Assembly (NCBI GenBank): GCA_964562905.1
Contig: CAZLVG010000001.1
Span: 2,297 to 66,296 of the forward strand
DNA length: 64,000 bases
Direction of reading: 5' to 3'
Source: an uncultured Candidatus Saccharibacteria bacterium
Lineage (GTDB): Bacteria > Patescibacteriota > Andersenbacteria > UBA10190
Shown here: positions 1 to 9,086 of the stretch, one piece after another
How the letters are laid out: each line of letters begins with the position of its first letter
Numbering within the stretch: the stretch's first letter is position 1
Translations under genes and position numbers: made by a program
Notes under the pieces: generated by a model
Seen by the model: the letters and a program-made list of their open reading frames with translations, nothing else
Databases searched by the model: none
What the model was told of the DNA's origin: nothing

Positions 1-1
1 G

Positions 2-1039
2 GTCAGCGCCGACATCGCGGCCGGCTCTTTTATTTTCAGAGCTACCGGCAGCACGGTTGAATTCGACGGTTATGTCAAGGCGCTGGGAGCCAAAGCGGCC
101 TTTAAGGAAACCGTTTTGCCGAAGCTGGAAAAAGGAGACACCCCGCAGCTTCAGGAACTGCTTCCGGAACAACACTTTACCCAGCCGCCTCCCCGATATT
201 CAGAGGCAACGCTGGTTAAAGCCCTGGAAGAACACGGTATAGGCCGTCCCAGCACATACGCTCCCACCATTGACACTATCCAGCGCAGAGATTACGTCAT
301 CAAAAACGAAGATAAAAAATTTCAACCGACCGAGGTGGGCGCTTTAGTAACCAACCTCCTGAAAGAACATTTCCCGGATATAGTTGATACCAAATTCACC
401 GCCGGTATGGAAAATGACCTAGACCTGGTTGCGGCCGGTGATAAACAGTGGCAGCCCGTTATCAGGTCTTTTTATGAGCCATTTCACGCCAACTTAGAAA
501 AAAAGGAGCGTGAGATAAACAAGAAGGAGTTGACTCAGGAGAAAACGGGTGAATCCTGCCCGGAGTGCGGAGGAGAGCTGGCTATCAAGCTAGGCCGTTT
601 CGGCAAGTTCAAGGCTTGTACCGGATTTCCCGAGTGCAAATACACCGAGCCCGTAGGCGAAGAAAAGGAACTGCAACAACAGAACAATAATGAAGTCTGT
701 CCCGACTGCGGTCGGCAGCTGGTGGTCAGACGAGGCCGCTTCGGTCCCTTCATGGGCTGTTCAGGTTACCCAGACTGCAAACACATCAAAAAGATAGAGA
801 AATCCACCGGCGTACTTTGCCCCCAATGCAACCAGGGGGAAATCGTCGAAAAAACCTCCCGGCGAGGCCGCCTTTTCTACGCCTGCAATCAGTACCCGCA
901 CTGCAAAAACGCCTTTGCCAACAAGCCCACGGGCCACCAATGCCCGCAGTGTGGCAGTTTGTTAGTAAGCGGAGCTCAAAACACCGTCCGCTGCTCCGAC
1001 AAGCAGTGCCAGTTTCAAAACCCCGGCAACTCTACCTAA
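2..1039 (+). CDS. topA: DNA topoisomerase I, C-terminal part (5' end lies upstream of the window)
   Basis: The frame is open from position 2 (VSADIAAGSFIFRATGSTVEFDGY...). It carries the conserved TopA motif EATLVKALEEHGIGRPSTYAPTI. Four C4 zinc-ribbon repeats follow (CPECGG...C..C, CPDCGR..., CPQCNQ..., CPQCGS...). Confidence 0.9.
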   Translation, partial: VSADIAAGSFIFRATGSTVEFDGYVKALGAKAAFKETVLPKLEKGDTPQLQELLPEQHFTQPPPRYSEATLVKALEEHGIGRPSTYAPTIDTIQRRDYVIKNEDKKFQPTEVGALVTNLLKEHFPDIVDTKFTAGMENDLDLVAAGDKQWQPVIRSFYEPFHANLEKKEREINKKELTQEKTGESCPECGGELAIKLGRFGKFKACTGFPECKYTEPVGEEKELQQQNNNEVCPDCGRQLVVRRGRFGPFMGCSGYPDCKHIKKIEKSTGVLCPQCNQGEIVEKTSRRGRLFYACNQYPHCKNAFANKPTGHQCPQCGSLLVSGAQNTVRCSDKQCQFQNPGNST

Positions 1040-1082
1040 GAAACACCAGCCCACCCGCCTACCATGGCTTGCGGGTGCAGGT

Positions 1083-1195
1083 ATAGCTATCACATTACGC
1101 CATGCCGCTCTGCAAATAAACGGGTGGCGCGGGCGGGGGGTGCGGGGCCGCGATAAGGACGCGCTAATAAGCATAGCGGCCTTGCAAATGTTGCC
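1083..1195. mobile_element. MITE-like repeat, copy 1 (intact left TIR, degenerate right TIR)
   Basis: It shares atagctatcacattacgccatgccgctct plus aaataaacgggtggcgcg and a GC-rich core with the elements at 6659, 53539 and 60541. It lies in the convergent intergenic spacer between topA and parB. Confidence 0.6.
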
Positions 1196-1232
1196 TCTAT
1201 ATTATCTCCGCTTTTTTTAATTACCCGGCCCT

Positions 1233-2654
1233 TTACACGTCATCCTCTCCCTGCGGCAGCGGCTTGGTGCCCAACAAACGTCCCAACAACTCATTGACAT
1301 CGCCCCGGCTATAACACCTGAACCTTATTTCGTAATGGTTCTTCTCCGGGCTGAAACTGACACGGGCATTATATCCGTAGCGGTCTTCCAACTCTCCACT
1401 GTATTTGGACTCAAAAGGAGTACGGCCGCCCCGGCTGCGGCGGGCGGAGTCGTCCACCTCCATAGCTCTCTGAATACGCCTGGCTCGCGTCTCCGCCTTG
1501 CGCACAGTCAGTCCTTCAGCTACCAGATGGGAATAAAAGCGTTTTTGTTTCTCTTCGTCGGGAATCATAAGTATGGCCCGGGCGTGACCGGCCGAAATCA
1601 CGCCGTCAGTCAGTCCCTGGCGAATAACTTTCGGCAACTGCAATACGCGTAGCATATTAGTAATGCTGACCCGGCTGCGCCCGATACGCTCTCCTATTTC
1701 ATGATGCGTCATGCCGTACTCATCGCACAACCGTTTATACGCCATTGCCTCCTCCACGGGATTCAAGTTTTCCCGCTGAATATTCTCTATCAGGGCCATT
1801 TCCAGCCGCGTGGAGTCCTCCCCCACCCCCCGGCGCACCACGCAGGGTACGCGCTCCCAGCCCAACTGCTGGGCAGCTTTTAACCTTCTCTCACCGGCCA
1901 CCAGCTGATATTTATCACCATGCCTCCTGACCACCAGCGGCTGCAAAATGCCGTGCTGGGCGATAGAATCCATCAGCTCCTGCATCTCCGCTTTATCAAA
2001 GTGCCGCCGCGGCTGGGTAGGATTGGTTTCTATGTCCCTAATTATCACGCTCCGCACCTTCTCCTCGTGCTTATCCCAGGCAGCGCCCTTCCTATCCTCC
2101 GAGCTGACCACGTTATCAAGCAGCTCTTCATCCGGCTGCCGCGCGCTGCCGGCCGGGGTGCCTTCACCCTCTTTTTCCCGCTCTTCCCCTCCTCCGGAAG
2201 TTTCCTCTTCCTCGCCGCCATCCACGGTCAAAGGGGTTACTAACGGTTGTTTGGGCCGTAATGTTTTCTCTTCTTCCGCTCCCGCTTCCGTTCCGCTGTC
2301 CTCCTTCTCTTCCTCCTTCGTCCGCGTCTGCACGTCCTGCATCTTACGTTTCGCCGGACTGGACTTTCCCGACCGGACGGAAGTCCCGTCTCTTGCCTCG
2401 CTCTCCGCTTGCCCTGACGCCGGGGACGAATCCTCGCCCACCACGCTTACCCTCTGTCCTGCGCCTTTCTTATTAGCAGCAGCTTCCCCCTCTCCACCGT
2501 TCTCCTCTCCACCAGTGTGTCCGCTGCCGGCCGCGTCATTTGTCCGTAGCTCCTTTTCCTCTTCCTCAAGGCGATCCACTACGTCATCGGCGCTGTCCAC
2601 GCCCAGCCTGGGAATAAGAGACTTAAGTCCTCCTTTGAACATTCTTTTTCTCAT
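1233..2654 (-). CDS. parB: ParB/Spo0J partition protein with long acidic low-complexity N-terminal extension
   Basis: ParB box LQPLVVRRHGDKYQLVAGERRLKAAQQLG and an HTH region. About 200 aa of Gly/Glu/Ala-rich sequence precede the ParB domain. It overlaps parA by 4 nt. Confidence 0.85.
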   Translation of the reverse strand: MRKRMFKGGLKSLIPRLGVDSADDVVDRLEEEEKELRTNDAAGSGHTGGEENGGEGEAAANKKGAGQRVSVVGEDSSPASGQAESEARDGTSVRSGKSSPAKRKMQDVQTRTKEEEKEDSGTEAGAEEEKTLRPKQPLVTPLTVDGGEEEETSGGGEEREKEGEGTPAGSARQPDEELLDNVVSSEDRKGAAWDKHEEKVRSVIIRDIETNPTQPRRHFDKAEMQELMDSIAQHGILQPLVVRRHGDKYQLVAGERRLKAAQQLGWERVPCVVRRGVGEDSTRLEMALIENIQRENLNPVEEAMAYKRLCDEYGMTHHEIGERIGRSRVSITNMLRVLQLPKVIRQGLTDGVISAGHARAILMIPDEEKQKRFYSHLVAEGLTVRKAETRARRIQRAMEVDDSARRSRGGRTPFESKYSGELEDRYGYNARVSFSPEKNHYEIRFRCYSRGDVNELLGRLLGTKPLPQGEDDV

Positions 2655-3415
2655 GAATATAAATTTAATAATTCTTCTGAAAGATACTGATAAGCTTTAG
2701 CCCCGCGGGACCTGCCCGCGTAGTTAATTATACACTGCCCCGCGCTGGGCGCCTCCGCCAGCTCCGTATTGCGCGGAATAACGCTTTCAAACACGTGGCC
2801 GGGAAAGGTCTTGCGCACTTGGCGCACCACTTTTCTGGCCATAGACACTCTCCTGTCATACATAGTCAGTAGCGCCCCTAAAACCTGCAGCCGGGGGTTT
2901 AGGTGCGACCGCACCAGCTCCACCGTCTGCAAGAGCTGCTCCAGGCCTTCCAGCGCCAGATATTCGCACTGCACGGGTATGAGCAAACGATCGGCCGCCA
3001 CCAAGCCATTAATGGTCAGCAAACCCAGGCTGGGAGGACAATCCACCAGGATAAATTCAAAATGATCCTTCAACGGCTTAAGAGCCCGGCGCAGCCGATA
3101 TTCCCGGTAAGGCCGCTGCATCAGCTCTATAGCCGCGCCGGCTAAGTTAGGAGTGGAAGCTATCAGATTAAGATTCTGAACAGCGGTGGGCTGCAGGGCC
3201 CGCAAAGCACTCTCCTGGCCCGTCAGCACCTCGTACAAAGTGACAGACTCGGCCGACAGCCGCACCCCTACCCCGGTAGTAGCGTTAGCCTGCGGATCCA
3301 GGTCAATGACCACGGTGGGATAGCCGGCTGCCGCTAAGTAGCCACCCAAATTAACGCTGGTGGTCGTTTTGCCCACGCCCCCCTTCTGATTAGTGATGGC
3401 TACCACTTCCGCCAT
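2651..3415 (-). CDS. parA: ParA/Soj family ATPase
   Basis: Deviant Walker A motif VAITNQKGGVGKTTTSVNLG, typical ParA length (254 aa), and operon arrangement with parB. Confidence 0.9.
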   Translation of the reverse strand: MAEVVAITNQKGGVGKTTTSVNLGGYLAAAGYPTVVIDLDPQANATTGVGVRLSAESVTLYEVLTGQESALRALQPTAVQNLNLIASTPNLAGAAIELMQRPYREYRLRRALKPLKDHFEFILVDCPPSLGLLTINGLVAADRLLIPVQCEYLALEGLEQLLQTVELVRSHLNPRLQVLGALLTMYDRRVSMARKVVRQVRKTFPGHVFESVIPRNTELAEAPSAGQCIINYAGRSRGAKAYQYLSEELLNLYS

Positions 3416-3573
3416 GGCTACGAAGAGAAGGAATTTGCCGCTATATTAATCAGCATACTGCTATTATTGTAATATAACTGCCGGCTTTTACACAACAACC
3501 CTTTCAGTAAGCGCTTTTCCACAAGAAGGACAGCTACAAAGCTTGGCAACTATTCCTATCTCCTTGCGATCAG

Positions 3574-3610
3574 TAATTCGTAACTCGTAACTCGTAATTC
3601 GTAATTCGTA
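3574..3610. repeat. Tandem heptamer array (TCGTAAT/TCGTAAC) x ~5.5
   Basis: Direct reading shows gtaattcgtaactcgtaactcgtaattcgtaattcgtaa. Its reverse complement matches motifs at 39961 and 60723. Confidence 0.8.
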
Positions 3611-3632
3611 AAAAAAACTTCCTTGATTTTCC

Positions 3633-3858
3633 CCTCCCTTGATCATTACTATCTACACATCTTATGACTATGTTGAGCCACTACAGCCATATTGAGGTAA
3701 ATCGGTTAATCCAGATGTTTTAAGAACGCTTAATTAAGGCAAGATTACATACGCCTTGTTTAAGCGAATAACGTTTCTCTGCTCTATAATTGGCCTAACA
3801 GTAGCTTTGTTATGCCTCCTAATAGACTTGTGTAGATAGTAATGCCCTTGATGGGGGA
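3633..3858. repeat. AT-rich spacer bounded by a 16-bp inverted repeat (candidate replication origin or regulatory region)
   Basis: cattactatctacaca (3644-3659) pairs with tgtgtagatagtaatg (3829-3844). Each arm is flanked by a direct cccttgat. The intervening ~165 bp are markedly AT-rich relative to the window. Confidence 0.4.
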
Positions 3859-3944
3859 ATTTAAGGGGAGAAAATTAGGGAGCAGTTATCCGGTATTTCC
3901 TTGCTAGTTAGCTCTTTTAATGTAAGCTATCATACTTGCATGCG

Positions 3945-4031
3945 GCCGCGGTGACGGAATTGGCAGACGTGATGGCCTCAAAAGCCATTGGGAGCAATCC
4001 CGTGAGAGTTCGAGTCTCTCCCGCGGCACCA
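3945..4031 (+). tRNA. tRNA-Leu(CAA), class II with long variable arm, CCA encoded
   Basis: Acceptor stem GCCGCGG/CCGCGGC. Anticodon stem-loop ATGGC-CTCAAAA-GCCAT gives anticodon CAA. There is a long variable arm and a T-arm GAGAG-TTCGAGT-CTCTC. The 3' end is ACCA. Confidence 0.9.
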
Positions 4032-4106
4032 GTTGGATAAGTTCACCCCGACAAGGCGGCCGGGTGCCGCCGGGCGGGGGCGAAAGTCTTCCGCCGGACG
4101 TCATAC

Positions 4107-5258
4107 CTATAAGAACACATACATCAGCACCAGGGCCGCGGCTAAAAGCCAGGCTATGGTAAAACCGGTGAAAGGCAGCACCGTGGCAAAAACGGCCACC
4201 AGGACCAGTGCCACCACGCCTTTGGAAACAGCCAGCGCCATCTCCAGCGCCACCACGTACTGCAAAGCCCCGACTTGCCTCCCCTGCTTATACAGCCGGT
4301 ACCACATGGGGATCCTAATGCCTATGAAGGCCGTTTTTGACAGGGTGTCCGTCAGTAAAACTCTAAGCGGGGTGGAAGATACAGGACGAAACAGATAGCC
4401 CAGTATCATGAAAGGCATGTGCATCCTTATAATATTCTTCCTGGAAAAGCGGTCACTTATCTCACCGACAAAGAAGCCCACCAACATCATTACCAACACG
4501 TTCAGGGAAGCCACCAGGCCCAACCGCGCCGCGCCGCCTAGAATAATGAACATGAAAATGGGCCAGAGTACCATATCAATCAGATTTTCTCCCCACCCTA
4601 TCATGGTCAGCACCATCTTACGGTGCCGGGGGGAAGCGATAATACGCCAAGGAGTGCCGTAGTTAAACTTCAGGCGGCGGTAATCCTCTTTGGTACGCAG
4701 CAGCGGGAACACGGCTAATAAGGCCAGGCAGGCGGCGGCCACAAACAACACCGGAAAACCGAAATGAGCGGCGATCAGACCGCCGGCCAGCGGGCCCAGC
4801 ACTCCCGCGCCCCTGCTTAGCGCGTACAACCAGGACAGTTCCGTCCCTTGGTTGTTCGCTTCGCTAAACAGGCAGACTTCGGTGTGGTAGGCCGGCCAGT
4901 AAAACAGCTTGAACAAAGTCAGTAATATCCAGGCGACCCAAAACAATCCCGGCAGCCACGGCAGCGAGGCCAGCGTCAGAAAATAAATAACAAAAAGGGG
5001 CATGGCAAGGGAAAGCGAGCGTTCCGATCCGAACCGGCCCACGAATTTCCCTCCCAGCGGCATGAGGACCGCGTACAGGGCGTAGTGAAGGGCGTAATAA
5101 AAAGCTATCTTGGACAGGGTAATACCCTCTTGGTAAAAAAAGACTGGCTCAAAGATCAGTATCAGCGCGCTGGCAAACGAAAAAAGAACAGTAAACGCGT
5201 ACAGCTCTTTCATTTCCCGTCTGGGCCTGACAGCGAACAGCCGGTAAAAAATGTTCAT
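4107..5258 (-). CDS. MFS-type transporter (polytopic membrane protein)
   Basis: About 12 hydrophobic segments. The MFS-like loop motif GGKFVGRFGSER lies between TM2 and TM3. Confidence 0.6.
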   Translation of the reverse strand: MNIFYRLFAVRPRREMKELYAFTVLFSFASALILIFEPVFFYQEGITLSKIAFYYALHYALYAVLMPLGGKFVGRFGSERSLSLAMPLFVIYFLTLASLPWLPGLFWVAWILLTLFKLFYWPAYHTEVCLFSEANNQGTELSWLYALSRGAGVLGPLAGGLIAAHFGFPVLFVAAACLALLAVFPLLRTKEDYRRLKFNYGTPWRIIASPRHRKMVLTMIGWGENLIDMVLWPIFMFIILGGAARLGLVASLNVLVMMLVGFFVGEISDRFSRKNIIRMHMPFMILGYLFRPVSSTPLRVLLTDTLSKTAFIGIRIPMWYRLYKQGRQVGALQYVVALEMALAVSKGVVALVLVAVFATVLPFTGFTIAWLLAAALVLMYVFL

Positions 5259-5293
5259 TGCCGTCTAGTATAACATTCTGCTAACTTAACCCC

Positions 5294-6619
5294 ATGAAAA
5301 AAGAGTCTCAAAAAACAAAGCCTTACCGCCTGGCTTTCGTGGGAGCCGGCTACGTAGGGCTGGTTTCCGGCACCTGCCTGGCGGAGGTGGGCCACAGCGT
5401 TATCCTGGTCGATAACAATAAAGAAAAAATAGCCCGGCTAAAGCGAGGAGGCATCCCTATCTATGAACCGGGTCTGGAAAGGCTGGTGCGCAAAAACGCG
5501 AAAGCGGGCCGTCTTACCTTTACCACCAACTTGCCGTCCGCCATCAAGAAGTCAGAGGTTATCTTCATCGCCGTCAACACCCCTCCCCTGCCAGACGGCC
5601 AGGCGGATCTGTCCTACGTGGCCGGCGCGGCGCGGCAGATAGCGCAGGCGGCCAACTCTTACAAGGTTATTGTGGATAAGAGTACGGTTCCCGTGCAAAC
5701 CGGCGAAAGAGTGCTGGAAACTATTAAGCAGCACAACCAAAAAACCGTTGACGTGGACGTGGTCAGCAACCCTGAATTCCTGCGGGAGGGCTCCGCCGTT
5801 GAAGATTTTCTCCAGCCTGACCGCATAGTGGTGGGCGTGGATAACAAACGGGCGGAGAAAATCATGCGTGCTGTCTACCGCCCCTTTAAAGCGCCGTTTA
5901 TCGTGACGGATGTGAAAAGCGCCGAACTCATAAAGCACGCCAGCAATTCTTTCCTGGCCACTAAAATCTCGTTCACCAACGCTCTGGCCCGCCTCTGCGA
6001 GCTGTCAGGCGCTAACATTGACCAAGTGGTTAAAGGCATGGGGCTGGACCAGCGCATCGGCCGCCACTTCCTCAAAGCCGGGCTGGGCTACGGGGGAAGT
6101 TGTCTTCCGAAGGACGTATCGGCCTTTATCTCCATAGCGAGGGAGCTAGGCTACAACTTCGGCCTGCTGAAAGAAGTTGCTAAAATAAACAACCGGACCC
6201 GCAGTCTGTTCATGCGTAAGATAAATCGGGCCCTGTGGGTTATTAAGGGCAGGACCGTAGCCGTGTGGGGACTGGCCTTCAAACCGAACACCGACGACAT
6301 GCGCAACGCGCCCTCCATAGAGATTGTCAACCAACTGCACGCTGACGGCGCCGCCATTCAGGCTTATGATCCACAGGCAAACCAGACAGCCAAAGCCGTT
6401 TTAGGCAATAAAGTGCGCTATAAGAAAAATATGTATGACGCCTTAAAGGGCGCCGACGCCCTGGTGATAGTAACCGACTGGGACGAGTTCAAGGAAGTTG
6501 ACTGGGACAAAGCCGCCTCACTGCTTGACAATCCTATCATCATTGACGGCCGTAACATGTATGAGCCCCAGGAGATGGAGAAGAAAGGATTGGTGTATCA
6601 CAGCGTGGGACGAGGATAA
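5294..6619 (+). CDS. ugd: UDP-glucose 6-dehydrogenase
   Basis: N-terminal Rossmann motif FVGAGYVGLVSG, catalytic-Cys region GGSCLPKD, and 441 aa, typical of the UDP-glucose/GDP-mannose dehydrogenase family. Confidence 0.9.
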   Translation: MKKESQKTKPYRLAFVGAGYVGLVSGTCLAEVGHSVILVDNNKEKIARLKRGGIPIYEPGLERLVRKNAKAGRLTFTTNLPSAIKKSEVIFIAVNTPPLPDGQADLSYVAGAARQIAQAANSYKVIVDKSTVPVQTGERVLETIKQHNQKTVDVDVVSNPEFLREGSAVEDFLQPDRIVVGVDNKRAEKIMRAVYRPFKAPFIVTDVKSAELIKHASNSFLATKISFTNALARLCELSGANIDQVVKGMGLDQRIGRHFLKAGLGYGGSCLPKDVSAFISIARELGYNFGLLKEVAKINNRTRSLFMRKINRALWVIKGRTVAVWGLAFKPNTDDMRNAPSIEIVNQLHADGAAIQAYDPQANQTAKAVLGNKVRYKKNMYDALKGADALVIVTDWDEFKEVDWDKAASLLDNPIIIDGRNMYEPQEMEKKGLVYHSVGRG

Positions 6620-6658
6620 ATCCAGTCGTTAATCTTTAGGAGCCGGCCAGGCAGTTGC

Positions 6659-6787
6659 ATAGCTATCACATTACGCCATGCCGCTCTATACGCGTGACGG
6701 GTCCTTATCGCGGCCCTGCGCCCCCACGCCGCGGTGCAGTGGCTCCGGGGCGCGGGGGACCCCGCGCGCCGCGCCACCCGTTTATTT
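6659..6787. mobile_element. MITE-like repeat, copy 2 (single TIR, inverted relative to copy 1)
   Basis: It begins atagctatcacattacgccatgccgctct and ends gcgccacccgtttattt, which is the reverse complement of aaataaacgggtggcgc in copies 1 and 3. The core is GC-rich and palindromic. It lies in the convergent spacer between ugd and the nucleotidyltransferase. Confidence 0.55.
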
Positions 6788-6844
6788 ATTGTTATCCGCC
6801 TTCGCCGGCTGGCGAACGGCAAAGTCAAAGATTTAACCGCTAAA

Positions 6845-7534
6845 TCAGGAATATTCGGAAAGCTTTCTGTGTGCCTCTTCCAACTGCTCCTTGTCATTGA
6901 CCGGCAGCCACCAGTCCGCTTCCACCACTTTTATTTTTTTACCTTTTTCCGCCATCATCTTCATCCATACGTCCGGAGTCTCATACTCCCCCCGGGCCGA
7001 AGGAGACACTTCCACCTCAAAGAAGCTCTGCTCCATCACCATCGCCCCGTTCCAGGCCAGATCCGACACGAACTCTTTCGGTTTTTCCACAGATTTGACC
7101 AGATACCCGCTTTCATCCGTAACCAGAATGCCCCAGTTTTCCGGATTGCTAACTCTTGACGCCAGCACCGCCAAGTCATACTGAACCAGCTCCCGCAGAC
7201 CCCGCGGCCCGAAAATATCATCCCCTACCATCCCCAGCCACCGGCCTTTGACCAGGTGCTTAGCCGCCCCAAAGGCGTGCGCCAAGCCCAGCTGTTCTTC
7301 TTGAACAACAAAAGTAATCGGGCGTCCTTCGTATCTCTTTGTTTTAAAATGTTCCCGTATAGCTCTTTCATGGGGGCCGCCGACAACAAAAATGAGCCGG
7401 TCTACCTCTGCCGGCAGCATGCGCAGCGCGTGCTCCACCACCGGCCGGGCGGCCACCGGCAACAACTGTTTCGGTCCTTCATAATACTTGGCCATCCGCG
7501 TCCCCTTGCCGGCCATCAGCACCACCGCCTGCAT
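6845..7534 (-). CDS. Sugar-phosphate nucleotidyltransferase (NTP-transferase family)
   Basis: N-terminal motif MAGKGTRM...PKQLLPV, typical of RmlA/GlmU-type nucleotidyltransferases. Length is 229 aa. Confidence 0.75.
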   Translation of the reverse strand: MQAVVLMAGKGTRMAKYYEGPKQLLPVAARPVVEHALRMLPAEVDRLIFVVGGPHERAIREHFKTKRYEGRPITFVVQEEQLGLAHAFGAAKHLVKGRWLGMVGDDIFGPRGLRELVQYDLAVLASRVSNPENWGILVTDESGYLVKSVEKPKEFVSDLAWNGAMVMEQSFFEVEVSPSARGEYETPDVWMKMMAEKGKKIKVVEADWWLPVNDKEQLEEAHRKLSEYS

Positions 7535-7568
7535 AGCAGCGCCCCAGTCAATCTCTTACCATAAAACT

Positions 7569-8990
7569 CTAGCCGCTGGGGGTGGGGGTAGCGGAAGGCA
7601 AGGGGGACCCCCAAGGGGTAATATTGAACTTACAGGTGGTATCTGCAGACATTATAAACTTAATAGACTCCTCCTTCTGGCCGGCCACAATAAGCTCCTT
7701 CTCCTGGCCAGCCACCCGCCAACAGCTCCATTCCTGATCGTAACCCCTGTACGGGGGAAGATCTTCTCCCACACTACCACGCAAAATCACTGCCTGGCCC
7801 GACGGCACATTTGTCTCGCAACGCCGGCCCGCCTGGGGGCCAACGGTGCCCAACTCCACCTTTGGCGCCGGCAGCCAGCAGTCTATTATCACCACATCAC
7901 TTGCTGTACTCCCTGTAACCGTCGCGTACAAGCCCGAAGCCCAGGACATGGGGTATCGATTCTGCCAGGCTGGGTAGGCTTTTAGTACCGGGTTGGGAGG
8001 AGGAGTGGGCGCGGCACACGTTAGCTTACAATCGCTTACCACGTGCTTTGCCACCACGCATGTGTGTCTAGGATTCCCGCTCTCATCCTTCTCATAAGAA
8101 CAACTTGCGGAAGCCGTGGCAGGTCTGCTACGGTAACTACTGTTGCACCTGAAGGCGGGCATGTCGCCGTCCTCCGGCGGCATACAAGGCGACTCGCACC
8201 AGATCTTCTCTGCAGCCTTTCTCTCCGCATGCTCCACTACCTCTGACGCTTTACAATCGTCTGAAAATCCCGCGAGCCTGCACGCCCTCTTCTCGGCTTT
8301 CTCCCTGGCTATTCTATACGCTTCCCGCGGATCTCGCAGAGGCTTATCATTTGACCCCGTTCCCACCAAAAGGTCCGTAGTATTGGTACCAGCGTTATAG
8401 CCATAGTCCGACTCCGGACAGTTTACCACCACGTAGTCGTCGGAGGGCGGCTCCGGCACGCACTCATAATTGCAATCGCACCCCCCAAAAACTTCCCCCG
8501 TCACCGCCACGGAAGCCACCCCCTCCTCCACTTGTCGTTGGAAGCCGCCATCCTCCCAATCTACCCCCTTCACTTCTGGATTATCACAACTGGCACTGCC
8601 TTGCCTTAGGCAGGAGTCTCCACACTTGTCACTATAATCAGGCTTGTTCACTTTGGATTCCACTCGGCTGCACAATTCTTCTTTAGCTTTATCCAGGGCG
8701 TTGCCTTGAGCCTCTTCTATCAACTTCATCCAAATTATATCGGCAACATCGTCCTCACCCGTACCCGCTGGCAAGCCAGGCCAGGACGCCTCACCTTCTG
8801 CCGCTACCGTTTCAGTTTCCGCATGCGTGTCGCTACAAGAAAGAGGCGGCAACGCTGTCTTAAGCTGTCTGGCGTATCTCTCCCAGCCAGCCACATAGAC
8901 CACCACTACCACAACCCCAACTACAAGCAGGCCCAAAACTACAGGCTTAAGAAACAATAAATTATTCCTCTTTTTCCGTCTCGTCGTCAT
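7569..8990 (-). CDS. Cys-rich secreted/membrane-anchored hypothetical protein
   Basis: N-terminal TM anchor (LLVVGVVVVVVYVAGW). About 30 Cys lie in the extracellular part. No family is recognised. Confidence 0.5.
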   Translation of the reverse strand: MTTRRKKRNNLLFLKPVVLGLLVVGVVVVVVYVAGWERYARQLKTALPPLSCSDTHAETETVAAEGEASWPGLPAGTGEDDVADIIWMKLIEEAQGNALDKAKEELCSRVESKVNKPDYSDKCGDSCLRQGSASCDNPEVKGVDWEDGGFQRQVEEGVASVAVTGEVFGGCDCNYECVPEPPSDDYVVVNCPESDYGYNAGTNTTDLLVGTGSNDKPLRDPREAYRIAREKAEKRACRLAGFSDDCKASEVVEHAERKAAEKIWCESPCMPPEDGDMPAFRCNSSYRSRPATASASCSYEKDESGNPRHTCVVAKHVVSDCKLTCAAPTPPPNPVLKAYPAWQNRYPMSWASGLYATVTGSTASDVVIIDCWLPAPKVELGTVGPQAGRRCETNVPSGQAVILRGSVGEDLPPYRGYDQEWSCWRVAGQEKELIVAGQKEESIKFIMSADTTCKFNITPWGSPLPSATPTPSG

Positions 8991-9086
8991 TTTTCAGGTG
9001 GAGGGCTAACCATACGCTATTTATTTCTCATTCCTTATCCACAGAAGAGCTCGCCATGAAGATTAAGTATAGCACGTTTTTTTTGG

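Noticed and set aside
1948-2700. 250-aa + strand ORF (Ser/Pro-rich) antisense to parB
   Set aside because: It lies entirely within the well-supported parB CDS on the opposite strand. Its low-complexity composition is typical of antisense frames in GC-rich DNA.
3416-3944. Canonical parS (TGTTNCACGTGAAACA) or DnaA-box cluster near parAB
   Set aside because: I could not find matches by eye. The origin hypothesis therefore rests only on AT-richness and repeat structure, and is scored low.
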